From Carcharhinus longimanus (Eukaryota): a stretch of 64,000 nt of DNA. The translations under genes and the position numbers were made by a program. The number at the start of each line of letters is the position of its first letter. The first letter of the stretch is position 1. The notes under the pieces were generated by a model. It did not search any database, was not told where the DNA came from, and saw only the letters and a program-made list of their open reading frames with translations. This document shows positions 48,961-61,172 of the stretch, one piece after another. The stretch spans positions 108,441,877 to 108,505,876 of the forward strand of contig JASCQW010000043.1 in assembly GCA_030264375.1 (NCBI GenBank), in the 5' to 3' direction.

Positions 48961-50102
48961 GGGCTTTGTTTTTCTCTGCCTCTCTTGGCACGGGAAGAGA
49001 ATGAAGAGGAATGAAGGGAAGCTCTATTCCTGAATGCCTATAAAAAGTTAAGTCAGCATATTTCAGTGATTTAGCACCACATTAATTAACATTTTCAGGA
49101 TGTGATGAGAATTTCAAATCTTGGCTAAATACTTCATATATGGAATTATGTGCTCTGGGGAAAGAACACATTTTACCCCAGGAAAATTGATTATGTGCTT
49201 TTGTTTGCATTGGCAAATTGCTCTTTTGGTATAGATTGTTAACAAAGTGTCTTACTTTGTTTATTTTCTGCCTCTAGGTTTCTACACAGCGTTCATATCA
49301 GCATTAATTAATTCTTTGTTAAGGATCCCAACAGTGTTGGAAGTGTTCCTAATGCTCCTTGATTTAGTCAGTGGGAGTTTCTTTTTTCAATTAAGTTAAT
49401 TTCACTCAACATAAACTGTTACTGAAACTATAACTATGGCTGGAGGGACACCTACAGCAAAAAAAGAGACAAGTAGACTTGCTGACAAGTAGGTGACCAG
49501 CTGACATGGAAAAAAGACCTCCATTAAGAAATGGCTATATTTGGAAAATGTACAAGACATATGGAGATTGAACCAGTGATTGTCTGAGAATACTTTGTGA
49601 ATGAATTAGAACTTGTGTAATTCCTCTAAGTCTGGAAAATGACTCCCAATCCTTTGGCATTACCCATCTCACCCACAACCCCCAGGAAGATTGTGTGAGG
49701 AGTTACCTGGAACTGGTTTATCGTCGTTACACAGATCTGAAAATAAACTTGGTCAATTATCGTTTGTCTTAGTTGCAATTAAAAAATACTGTGTTGAAGA
49801 ACTAAGCTCCTCATTGCAGAAACATCAATGGGAAAAAGTAGAAGGAAAGTTGATAGTTGAGATTGTGAACCTAAGTTGTTTGTAATTGTTTCCATTGAAT
49901 GTAATGTTGTGCAGTTGTCATTGATGATGAGCCAAATAAGCATTTTTGTCCATTTTGTTTATGCTATGTGACTGGGTATTCACCAGCATTATGAGCAATT
50001 ATTATGCCAGTAATTCATTGCAGTCATTATTGCTTTACACACAATTCCATTTAGACAATTTGGTTTCTTAAATAGTCAAATGCATGATTAGTGCTGCTGT
50101 TT

Positions 50103-50380
50103 ACCATAGAATCATAGAATCCCTACAGTGCAGAAAGAGGCCATTTGACCCATCGAATCTGCACTGATTCTCCGAAAGATCATTGTACCCCGGTACTAAG
50201 GCGCAATTAAGCTTGATAATTCGATCTAACCTGTACATCTTTAAACTGTGGGTGGAAACCAGAGCACTGGAGAAGACCCACACAGACATGGGGAGTTAAC
50301 TCCACACAGTCATCCAAGGCCAGAATTGAACCTGGGTCACTGTGAGGCAGCAATGCTAACCACTGTGCCATCGTGCCACC
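50103..50380 (-). mobile_element. HE1-like V-SINE
   Basis: catagaatcatagaatccctacagtgcagaaagaggcc..tgtgaggcagcaatgctaaccactgtgcca. Confidence 0.9.
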
Positions 50381-51659
50381 ACCATTTACACTCTGCAGCA
50401 CTGCTATAGATAGGTCAGCTACACTTCCCACAGAGTTTGTATGAACCAAAATAATGAAAAAAAGTTTGCATTTATTGAGTGTATTTCATGACCTCAGGAC
50501 ATCCCAAAGTACTCTGGGTTTCTAGGAGAAGGCCAGGGAATCAAAATGTTCAAGTATGGCCTCACTTAAATAATGAACAAGGAAAAATAGAAACTTCCAT
50601 GGAGATCGAAAAGACTTTTGCACCTTTTGAGTGATTCAGTTAGTAACTTTGTACTTTAAAGATAACTTAAGTACCAATAAGTAATTTTCATTTCCTATTG
50701 GCCCACCTTTCTTGAACTTTTAAAGTAAACAATCACAATTCTTGGCATTTTACAATACTTGAATCACTTGTCTGTGTCTTAGGAATGAATTAGCCATTTC
50801 TCATAGACCCTATAGATAAATAGAATGCTGCAAAACCTTTCTTCATATCAAGAAATTCATGTATTCTATACAACTTTCTATGATACATAGAAGGAGATAA
50901 CTTAGGCCATCTGTTGACACCAGAGTTAGTGGAATATAACCGTAATTTCATCTACCACTAGCTATCCACTTTTTACTTCCTTATATTCCCTTTGGTAAGG
51001 CATTCATTTTTCAACAATATTCCTGTGCTCTCTGACAATTATAAACCCTCAGGCTGATCATCCACCAGCTCTCAAAACATAAGCTATTTTTACTCGCCCC
51101 ATCAAACCATTTCATAAGTACCTTACACCTCCTCAGTTTTAACTACTTAAGAGGAAATAGTCTTGAGTATCTCTCCCCTCAGCTCAGAATTACAAATTTT
51201 CATTTCTGGTACCAATCTCATCACATATGTTAGTTTTTAAATTTTCAGTGCAAGCATTTTTTAGTCTGCTTTTTGTTGAAAACTTTTCTTCCTGTTAAAG
51301 ATTTTATTTATCTGTCTCATGCTGATTTACCTGTCTGTGAAATGCTAAGCCCCTCATTTACCACAGTTAACGATTTGTGCCTTGCAATTTTCTTCATTCA
51401 ACTTTTCCAATTGAAGCGACAATGATACTTTTAAATTGCTAAGTAGGTAGTGTAATAATGCTGTAAGAGTTTAGGAGGAGTGATTGCAGAAACAATGTGG
51501 AGCAGTCTACTTGCAGTAATGGCCTATCCAGCACAGAAGTGGATATGTGGCATTTTCAGTATCAAACGTCTCATTCATTACCACCACCACATTTATTTCC
51601 ATCTTAGTCTTCGGATAACTGCATTTCTGTTTCTGACAAATGTTACACAAAGGTAAGAA

Positions 51660-52760
51660 ATTAAGCTCATTAGCACCCAGTTTGGTTGTAACAAGTGCCC
51701 TTAAATCTCCAAAGTGGTGGATATGAACACTCATTAGATAAATTGCGCTGATGCCGCATCATTAAAGGTCAGTGCCCATACAGAGAACATCTGTAAGAAG
51801 TATGCATGGCAGAAAGACCCAGTGCCGACGGCCTCTCTGAAACGTGAATCACTGAACATGTGTTCAAAAGTAGGAAAGACTGATGAGGCACTGCTATTTC
51901 AGAGGATCATCAACTGCTTATAGTTTAGTTACTGGTTCATTTCGTCTGGCTGTTGCTACAATCTTAGAAGTGTTTGGCACTTCCATTAATCATTTCAAGT
52001 GGCAGAGGTCCAGAGGGAGTGGGGTGGCACATGCTGAAGGACTTTTTGCCAGCATCAAGACTTCAATGCAGATCAGTTTCTGTCGGACATGAGTGTCCTA
52101 ATGGGCATTCTACTTAGAAAACATCATGCTGTGGACAAGGAACAGTTACCATGCAGAGTGGGACAAACTGATGGAAGAAGGAGAAGGGAAGGAGAGAGAA
52201 AGAGAGAGGCTCTCAACAGGATGCCTATGCATCCAGGATATTCAGGAGGCAATTCTCCCACCTGAATCTCAGCAAGGAACACCATGTGAGACATCTGTGC
52301 TTCAGTAAGGTTGCCCACACTGAAATCTGCCACTTGCTGCAGTCACAGTTACAACCTCAGAGTGAAAGGAGTGTTGTCTTCTTGAGAGAGACAGCATATT
52401 TGTGCACTATGGCTCCAACACCACACCATGGGATTGGAACCTCAACAATCCTAGTAATCAGTTGGAGGAGAGTTGTTGGACTGCTGTGACTTCCTGTAAG
52501 CTCTTATGAACATTCTGATCCACAGCCGTGATGATGAGAATCTGAGCTTCCAGCGAACAGACCTTGTAGAACAGCATGCTGAGCTTCTACTGCATTATTC
52601 AGTCATTTGTTGGAAGTTGTTTGCATTGCAATATTGGCCATCAGGTCCTGCAACATGATGTGTCCACAAGTATGTGAGTGGAGTTGACCACCATTCAGAA
52701 AGGATAAGTTTCAAATTCTGTGAAAAGCCCTGTGCCATTGCTAGTGTTGGACTCCTCCAT
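51660..52760 (+). mobile_element. PIF/Harbinger transposon relic
   Basis: ~52230-52370 translates as RIFRRQFSHLNLSKEHHVRHLCFSKVAHTEICHLLQSQLQPQSER, a Harbinger transposase N-terminus paralogous to 30780-30930. Confidence 0.7.
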
Positions 52761-52799
52761 GATCCTTGTCTTTGGTGGCAGGTTCTCTGGCAACAAAAC

Positions 52800-53240
52800 A
52801 ATGGTAGCAACTCACATTTATCTAGTGCCCTTGCCGTAATAAAACATCCTGAGGCAGTTTTGAGGAGTGCTGTGAAGCAATATTTGACAGCCATATAGAA
52901 ATATTCGAGCAGGTAGCTAGGTTTTGAGAAATGTCTTTAAGGAAGAGAAGGGGAGAGAACTTGAGGCAAGGAATTTACACTGTTCAGGGCCTAAGTTGCT
53001 GAAGGCATGGACACCAAATGGTGAAGCTATTCAGGGGAGCTTAAGAATTAGAGTGTGAGATTGCAGAAAGGGAGAGGTGATACTATGGAGGAATTTGAAA
53101 ATATGGATGAGAGCCAATAATAGAGGCAGATCAACAGCAATCGCTGGGAGGAGATGGGTGAAGTGAACTTCATTTGAGTAAGCAGACTGGCAGCAGAGTT
53201 TTGGGTGATCTAATTTTATCGAGGATTTGATGAGATGGCA
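52800..53240 (-). mobile_element. L2-like LINE 3' fragment
   Basis: caactcacatttatctagtgccctt..aaaacatcctgaggc..gtaggttttgag-like..ggcagcagagttttgg. Confidence 0.55.
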
Positions 53241-53630
53241 GTCTTGCCAATGCATCAAGGATTTTGTTGTCCATATCCATTTATTTTCTTTTATAGGTTA
53301 TCCCATCAATGTCCTCTAAGAGCACTCTGCAGCAGAATCTGTGTGATCTTGTACTTTGCTGAGCCTACACCTGTATACCCCTTGTCCCTTGCCTTGGCTC
53401 CACTCATGTCCATTATATCAATGTGAGCAAATTCCACTTCTAATCTATGCTTTTGGGCACAGTGTCAGTTACTGAGCTGGTGGTTGCAAGTATGAAATCA
53501 GGGACAATGATATATCTTCATTATTTTCTTCTTGATGTTTCTCCGCTGCCTAGACAGGTTACAATTCTTGGATATCTAAAAAGAGAAAGACACAATGATG
53601 AACGTGTGTTCATGTTTGTGCATGCATGCA

Positions 53631-53654
53631 TGTGTGTGTGTGTGTGTGTGTGTG
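53631..53654. repeat. (TG)12 microsatellite
   Basis: Direct read. Confidence 0.95.
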
Positions 53655-53814
53655 CATCTGTGTATGTCCGTGTCTATTTGCTCTGCACCACTGCTGCCAC
53701 ACCGGTGATGTGCGNNNNNNNNNNNNNNNNNNNNNNNNNNNNNNNNNNNNNNNNNNNNNNNNNNNNNNNNNNNNNNNNNNNNNNNNNNNNNNNNNNNNNN
53801 NNNNNNNNNNNNNN

Positions 53815-53970
53815 TATGACAATTGTTTCATTCATAAAGCTTTTAACTCCAGAGTTTTATTGGATTCAAATTTCACCATGTGCCATGATCAGATTTGAAC
53901 CTGGGTTCCCAGAGCATTACCTTGGGTTTCTAGATTACTAGTTCAGTAACAATACCACTACGCCACTATC
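53815..53970 (-). mobile_element. tRNA-head SINE 5' part, following a gap
   Basis: agatttgaacctgggttcccagagcattac..ttctagattactagttcagtaacaataccactacgcc. Confidence 0.75.
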
Positions 53971-55140
53971 TTGATTACAATGTCTGAGCATCCACAGTTC
54001 TCTAGTTTAGGGAATTCCAAAGATCCACAACCCTGTGAGGGGTGAAATTTCTCCTCATCTCAGGCCGAATTGGCCACAATGGGACAAATGGTCTCCTCTT
54101 GTGCTGTAACCATTTTACTGAGGTAAGGAGACCAAGACTGAATATAATACTCCAGATATGGTCTCAAGAAAGCCATATATAATTTCAGTAAGACATCCTT
54201 ATTCTTCATACATGTACTCCAACTGTTTTGTAACAAAGGCTAACATACCTGTTGTTTTCCTATTACTTGCTCTGCTTTGTGTACAAGGACACCCGGGCCC
54301 CTCTAAAGACCAACATTTCCCCGTCTCTCGTCTTTTATAAAATATAATCTGGTTTTCCGATTTCCTTCCAAAATGGATAACTTCATATTTCCCCATGTTG
54401 TTGTCTATTCACTTAATCTGCCTAAATGCATTTGCAGCTTCTTTGTATCCACCTCACAGCTTATTTTCACAGCTAAGTTTGTGTCATCAGCAGTCTTGGA
54501 TACATTAAGCTTGGTCCCTTCATCTAAGTCATTGATATAGATTGTAAATAGCTAAGGCCCAAGCACTGATCCTTGCAGTACCCCACCAGATACAGCTTGC
54601 TAACTTCAAAATGACCCGTTAATTCATAATGTTTGTTTTCTATCTGTTAACCAATTAGTTACACTCAATACCATGAGTCCTAATATTTTGGATGGCACCT
54701 TATTGATTGCCTTTTGAAAATTCCCGTATCTTACATCCTCAGTTCCCCTTTATCTGGCCAGGAGATTTGTCAAGTTTTAGTCCCGTTATTTTCACCAGTA
54801 CTATTTCTTTACTGTTCATAATACTCGAGTTCCTGATCTTTATTAGACATTTGGCTCGCCGTTATTTCTGCAATATTTTGAGTCTCCTAGCTTGAAGCTA
54901 GATACATAGTATTTGTTTGATGTCTGCCACTTCCTTATTTCCTAGTACAGTTCCCCCTCTCTCTCTTCCTCTAAGGAACCCAACTTTACTCTTGCTAATC
55001 TATTCCTTTTTACACATACCAATATAAGTCTTTACAATCTGTTTCTATGTTTCTTGCTATTTTACTCTCATATTATCTTTTCTCTTTCTTAATCACTTTT
55101 TTGATCACCCTTCATTGAATTCTAAAATCATCCATCCTAA
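53970..55140 (-). mobile_element. CR1/HER1-like ORF2 relic with multiple deletions
   Basis: ORF 54199-54396 MGKYEVIHFGRK..GMLAFVTKQLEY. gtgtcatcagc is the reverse of ADDT. cccaagcactgatccttgcagtacccc is the reverse of GVxQGSVLGP. Confidence 0.8.
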
Positions 55141-55174
55141 TTTTCTTCTTTGGTTCAAAGTCAACTTTTTCCTG

Positions 55175-55670
55175 GTTTTTAAAAATTTATTTACAGATTG
55201 TGGGCACGTTGGCTAGGCCAGCATTTATTGCCCATCCCTAGTTGCTGTTGAGAAGGTGGTGGTGAAATGCCTTCCCCTAAACTGCTGCAGTCCCTGAATT
55301 GTAGGTACAAGCACAGTGCTGTTAGCGAGGGAGTTCCAGTATTTTAACCCAGGGACGGTGAAGGAACGGCGATATATTTCCAAGTTAGGATGGTGAGTGA
55401 CTTGGAGGGGAACTTCCAGGTGGTGCTGTAACCAGGTACCTGCTGCTCTTATCCTTCTAGCTGGTAATGGTCATGAGTTCGGAAGGTACTGCTGAAGGAA
55501 CTCTGGTGATTTCCTGCAGTGCATATTGTAGATGGTACACATAGCTGTTATTGTTCATTGGTAGTGGAAGGATTGAATGTTTGGAGAGGACGTAGCAATC
55601 AAGTGGACTGCTTTGTCCTGAATGGTGTCAAGCTTATTGAATGTCATTGGAGCTGCATTCATCCAGGCTC
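55175..55670 (-). mobile_element. CR1-group LINE 3' end
   Basis: ggctaggccagcatttattgcccatccctagttg..gaaggaacggcgatatatttccaag. Confidence 0.85.
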
Positions 55671-57257
55671 CTTCCCACTCCTGGGGGGCACGTCACTGTA
55701 AGATGCTCTATAAATATAAGTTGTACAGACATTTCCAACATTTGGGTTCTGCTTCACTCTCTCACACTGATTTATTTAGCACTTTGTTTTCTATGCAGCT
55801 CATAACAGTCCATTCCAGCATATTTTAAAACTTCTGTGTCAGGCTCCAAATCTCATGCCGTGAGCAGGTTGGGGGGTGGTCCCACATGGACAAGTGAGCT
55901 GCTGCTAGTTTAATAAGTGAAGATCAAAGCACTGCTTGAACTTGTATGCAGTTACCAACTCTGGCCACCTCATGCCATCATGGAGCCACCTGAGTCTTTC
56001 AGTCTGCGAATGTGAGCCCACAGTCCAGTTGGCAAAGGAAACAAGTTTTAATTTGTGCAATAATTTTTCTTTGTATTTAGACCACTTATGGTTCTTTTAG
56101 ATTTTCTTCCACCTTATTGATCACATTATTTAACTCCAGTGTCCTTTCTCCGGCACCCTCCCCAAATGCCCCTCATAATGTCAACTCGCTGTGGCCGATG
56201 GCCCAATCTGCCATCCCCACTAGTATTCTGCACCATATCTTTTGTGTCCATCCACCTGAACATTTTCCATGTATCCACCCTTTATCTCTGCTAATATGTA
56301 GGTGCTGATATGTAGGGCTTACAATGCCTGCTGTAAGACCTAATTCACTTCTGATAGTTTTCTCTGAATCTTCTGAGCCCCTGGTTAGCCCAATAGGTTG
56401 CCTGATGGTAATTGTGGTCATTCTCTTCCAACACTGATGTTTTCTGACCCTCCAGTCTAATTCAAATTTGTCCTCAGACTGCCCTCCGTTAAATCCCACT
56501 TGGCCTCAGAACCACCCCTCAAAATGTTTTGGCATTTACTCACAACCCCACATTCTTCACCTATTCCTTTCCCCCACCCCTCATTTATGCCTGAACTCAA
56601 ACAGAAACCGTTCTGATTGTGATTTTAGGGATCATTAGGTTTCAGAGCAGAGCCATTGGCATTTGAAGAATTCCAACAATTGAGTAAGATGAATAGAGAG
56701 ACAATTTTGTCACTTGTTCCATATTTCTGTTTAAGCAGCAAATTATCTTTAATGAGGCAGTGAGATAATGACCCTGAACAAAAGACTTCGCCAGAGGTTT
56801 GGATATTTCAAGTCATTCTATCCGTATGAATAATTTAAGTAATGGAATGCAAGGTCCTGTCCTCAGCCTGAAAAAATAATGACTGTGATTTTCCTAAAGT
56901 GTCATAATGTCATACCACCCCCTCACCCCCACCCAAGATTTTTATTCAAAAACTGGATGGCTCTTTCAAATTTCACACAGCCACCTCAACTCAAATCAAC
57001 ATCTTTCCTTAAATATCCTTTCCTCCCTTTCATCTCCAATCCCCATTGTCCTCAGCAGCTCTTTGACCATCACAACTTTTCCAAAATATAAAAATCTTAT
57101 TGCTTCCACTTCCAGGTCAAATAAAATTTAGTAATCTTCGATTGTTTACTAATGAGACTTTGTAAGTTTTAAAACTCCCTTAAACACCTCTTCCAAATTC
57201 AACAGCAAAAGAGCCAAATCCCTATCAACTTCCCAATGGGAATTTTAAAGTCCAACC

Positions 57258-57640
57258 TATTTAATTCACTCATGGATGTGGGGCCAGAATTTATTGCCCA
57301 TCCTTAATTGCCCTTGAACTGAGTGGCTTGCTAGGTCATTTTCAGAGGGCATTTAAGAGTCACATGCAAGTCAGACCAGGTAGGGATCGCAGATTTCTTT
57401 ACCAAAACGATGTTAATGAGTGTTAATGGCTTTTACAACAATCGATAATCAATCGTTTCATGGTCATCATTAGACTTTTAATGCCAGATTTTTATTGAAT
57501 TTAAATTTCACTATCTGTCATGATGCAATTCACCTTAAAAGAGGCTACCTTAAGAGAGACTATGATGCAATTCGAACCCCAGTCCCTGGGTCTCTGGATT
57601 ACTAGCCCAGTGACAAAACCACTATGCTATCACCTCCTGC
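57258..57640 (-). mobile_element. tRNA-head SINE with CR1-type tail, carrying a 30-bp insertion
   Basis: tttattgcccatccttaattgcccttgaactgagtggcttgctagg..ttcgaacccc..tctctggattactagcccagtgac. Confidence 0.85.
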
Positions 57641-57894
57641 AGTTGGCAGTTGTGCTCAATGTTCTGGACTTTAACTGACAATCTTCAAATCAGAAATATG
57701 AAGATAAATATTATTTTAAAAAATACTTTTGGGAATGAGCCGGCATTCTGTAAAGAAGGCTGTGTGTATGTGTACATGATTTAATTAAGATGGGGAAAAT
57801 TAATAGAGACAGCTTGTCTGGGAGAGCTGAGAGATAAAAGGGTAAAGATGCCAGATGTATGCACTTGTAATGAGAAGCTCTGGTGAAGTTCGAT

Positions 57895-58400
57895 TTACAA
57901 TTGTCACTGAGCTAATAATCCAGAGACTGCGGGATTGGGGTTCGAATCGCATCATGACAGATGGTGAAATTTAAATTTTAAATATAATTCTGGAATTAAC
58001 TGTCTAACAATGACCATGAAATCACGGCTGATTTTTGTAAAAGCCGATCCAATTCATTAATGTCCTTTTGCAAAGGAAATCTGCCAAACTTACCTGATCT
58101 GACTTACATGGGATTCTAGATCCATTCTTAAATGCCCTCTGAAATGACCTAGCCCTACATATCAGTACTGATTAGCAGAGATAAAGAGTGAACACATAGA
58201 AAATGTTCAGGTGGATGGACACAAATGATATGGGTGCTTGGTGCAGAATGCTGGTGGGGATGGCAGATTGGGCCATCGGCCACAGCGAGTTGGAATTGGG
58301 AGAGGGGCATTTGGGGAGGGTGCTGGGGTTAACTCAGCTCAAGGACAGGCAAAACCTGCTGTCCCCACTTGTTCTTGCCCACATCCCATGAATGAATTAG
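57895..58400 (+). mobile_element. tRNA-head SINE of the same family, interrupted at 58151-58332 by an inverted copy of 56130-56319
   Basis: SINE reads to gaaatgacctagc, then the insert, then resumes as actcagctcaagg..gcccacatcccatgaatgaatt. Confidence 0.8.
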
Positions 58401-59699
58401 AAAACATCTAAGCTGACAGCTTGGTGCAGCATTGAGGATTATTACAACCCCACACAGGTCATGCTGAAGGGACATTTGGAGTTTTGGGCTTAATGTTACA
58501 CCGGAGGTGGTTGCACAGGGTGGCTGGACAAGAGGCACCCTCTTGTGCTGCCTTGGTTCATCTGATGGTCTGGATATTTGTCAGTTGCCTCCCCCATCAT
58601 GGGAAATAGCCCATCTGCTGTTTGAGGAGATCCTATAGTGACCACCAATTGGGCACTCAGGAGCCTCACTTGACCCACAGGCAAGCAGGTGATCCATGCA
58701 GGGGATGGACATGGCACCACTGTCATGGAATCCAATCTTGTACCCCCTACCTCTGAACATGCCCCAGTAAATCTCCAGCCTTTACGTGCAGTTTTAAGTG
58801 CCATGCTTTAGACAATGCATTGACAAGTTGGAGTAAATTAAGAGAAAGGCAGTAGGGAACACTCAATAATTGAAGACTACATTATTGGTGGAGTTTTGTT
58901 GTTAAAACCAAGATTCTATGATATTGTTTCAAAGAAGGCTCAGGAAAAGGGCAGCTAAAACTCAGGCCAAAATTTTACCGCCAGTTGCAGAACAGAAATC
59001 TCAGTTGACTTTGGGCAGGATTTTATGATCTTGCCCGAATGAGGTTGTAAAATTCTGCGCTAAGTGTCTTGAGCCAATATTGATCCCTTCAACAATGTGG
59101 AAACAATTTTCCTAGTGACTATCACCATGCTGTTTTAGGGAGCTTTGCCTGTAGTACCAGATTCCAGAAGTACTTAATTGGTTATAAAGCACTTGGAGAT
59201 GTCCTGAGTTCATGAAATGTGCTATATAAATGCAGCTTTTCTTAAATACAAAGTTATATATTTTGGAAGCAGAAACAGCAAAGATGCACGAATCACCTTC
59301 CCATGTCTATTGATCACTCACTGAACATTTCCATAATCCCAATCAAACACAAAAGTACGCGAGAGGCATTAAGGTTATTCCAACCTTGTATAGATCTCTG
59401 CTGTAGAGACATTTGGAATTTTATGAGTAGCTATATGACCCCTGTGCATGATTAGAAAATACTTGTACAATGTAGAGAAGAGCAGTAGGGAACATTTGAA
59501 AAACTTCAGCCTGCGTTTTGTGAAGGGCTTTCGTTGTTGCGTCCAAGAAAATTAATTGTAAACATGATCAAGTCGCTGAAAGTCTTATCTGATAATGGTG
59601 TAAAGCAGCGACTTGATTGAAAGGCAGAAACAGGATTAAAAATTATAAACCTAAATAAGAGTGAAGGATATAAACTTCTTCTCTGCAAAATAGAAGAAG

Positions 59700-59855
59700 C
59701 TTGATGTGGGCTGGCGTTGGACTGGGGTCAGCACAGTAAGAAGTCTCAGGTTAAAATCCAACAGGTTTATTTGGTAGCATCAGCTTTCAATGTGTTGTTC
59801 CTTCATCAGATGAGTGGAGAGTTGACTTCACAAACAGGGCATATGTAGACAAAGC
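59700..59855 (-). mobile_element. Penelope-like element end with decayed hammerhead core
   Basis: ggcgttggactgggg..cacagtaagaagtctc..ggttaaaatccaacaggtttatttggtagca. The minus strand reads CTGATGA-aggaacaacacatt-GAAA-gctg. Confidence 0.7.
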
Positions 59856-59914
59856 AAACTTGACTTAATTCTCTCTCTCAGAAAGGTGACTAACTGAGAA
59901 CAGAGGTAGACATC

Positions 59915-60153
59915 ATGCGTGCTTTGTCCAAAGGCAGGGCCTTGGTTTATTGCCTGCCGATGCTTCATCCTGAACAATTATCTTAACAATTTTTTTGTCA
60001 GTGATGGTTTGTCGTTGCTTTCCTCTGCCAGGCACAGGGTGAGGAGGTAGGACCCAGACCTACCTCGGCCAGGACAGGAATCAAATCCATGTTGCTGCCA
60101 TTGTACTGAACCACATTCTGATCATCTAGCCGATTGAGCTAACCTGTCCCCCA
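59915..60153 (-). mobile_element. tRNA-derived SINE (different family)
   Basis: Reverse complement begins ggggacaggttagctcaatcggctaga (A-box) ..ggatttgattcc (B-box). Confidence 0.6.
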
Positions 60154-60894
60154 TAGACATAAATAGTCAAATAATTCATGGATTGCAATACTTTGTGAGG
60201 GTCCATAACCAATTGGGATTCACTGTGGATCTCCCTAACTCTGATAATTGAATTAATATCCTGCCTTCACACCAAAAAAATCTCAAAAGCACATCACATA
60301 ATCAATTAACACAATTGAAATAAATGGTTCATGCAAACACAATCATTATTTTATTAACCTTGATGAAATCGCCCGAGTCTATGGTTCTCTAAGGTATACA
60401 GAGTCAACTCTTTTATTAAGGCTTTCTGGGTATTAAGGTGTTTAAAATTAGGAATCAATCTTGTGACTTTTTCCAGAGCTTTAAAATATCCTTCGCCGCG
60501 TGACATGACCAAAGCCAAAGTAATTCTCAGACTGTGAACTACTGCTGGCTGCCCTAAGCTTCACCTCCCACCTAGCGTCACCTACCTGAGTGCCAGCTTT
60601 GTAGTTGGAGCTAGTTAAATAGGTCAGGCTGCACCCCAACAAGCTGCTTCTGCTTGGTAGGCCACAGCCTATTGTGTAAGAGCATTGCGTTTTGGTATCC
60701 AGGTGACTATATACCAAGGAACCAAAACAAATTCTTCAACCTTCTTCCTTATCGGGAATTTAAGATCTCTGAATGAATGGTATCTGAGCTGTCCATCAAA
60801 CTATCTTCCATGAACTAGTTCAGATCAAACTTGAGTTTTATATTGTCTTGCCTTAGGATACCCAAATGCTTCAGGGTGAATTAATCCTTTCCTT

Positions 60895-61172
60895 GCTGAC
60901 CCAGATTCAATTCCAGCCTTGGTCACTGTCTGTGTGGAGTTTGCACTTTCTCCTTGTGTCTGTGTGGGTTTCCTCCGTGTGTTCCAGTTTCCTCCCACAG
61001 TCCAAAGATGTGCAGGTTAGGTGGACTGGCGATGTCAAATTGACCCTCATGTCAGGGGGATTAGCAGCATAAATGTGTTGGGTTATGGGAATAGGGCTTG
61101 AGTGGGATTGTGGTCAGTACAGACGCAATGGACCGAATGGCCTCCTTCTGTACTGTAGGGATTCCATGATTC
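60895..61172 (+). mobile_element. HE1-like V-SINE, 5'-truncated
   Basis: gacccagattcaattccagccttggtcactgtctgtgtggagtttgcac..gaatggcctccttctgtactgtagggattccatgatt. Confidence 0.9.

Larger units (their letters stand above)
12579..53814. other. Seven assembly gaps: 12579-12588, 16389-16745, 28286-28385, 28654-28663, 41876-41885, 44151-44250, 53715-53814
   Basis: N runs read directly, mostly of fixed 10 or 100 N size. Confidence 0.98.
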
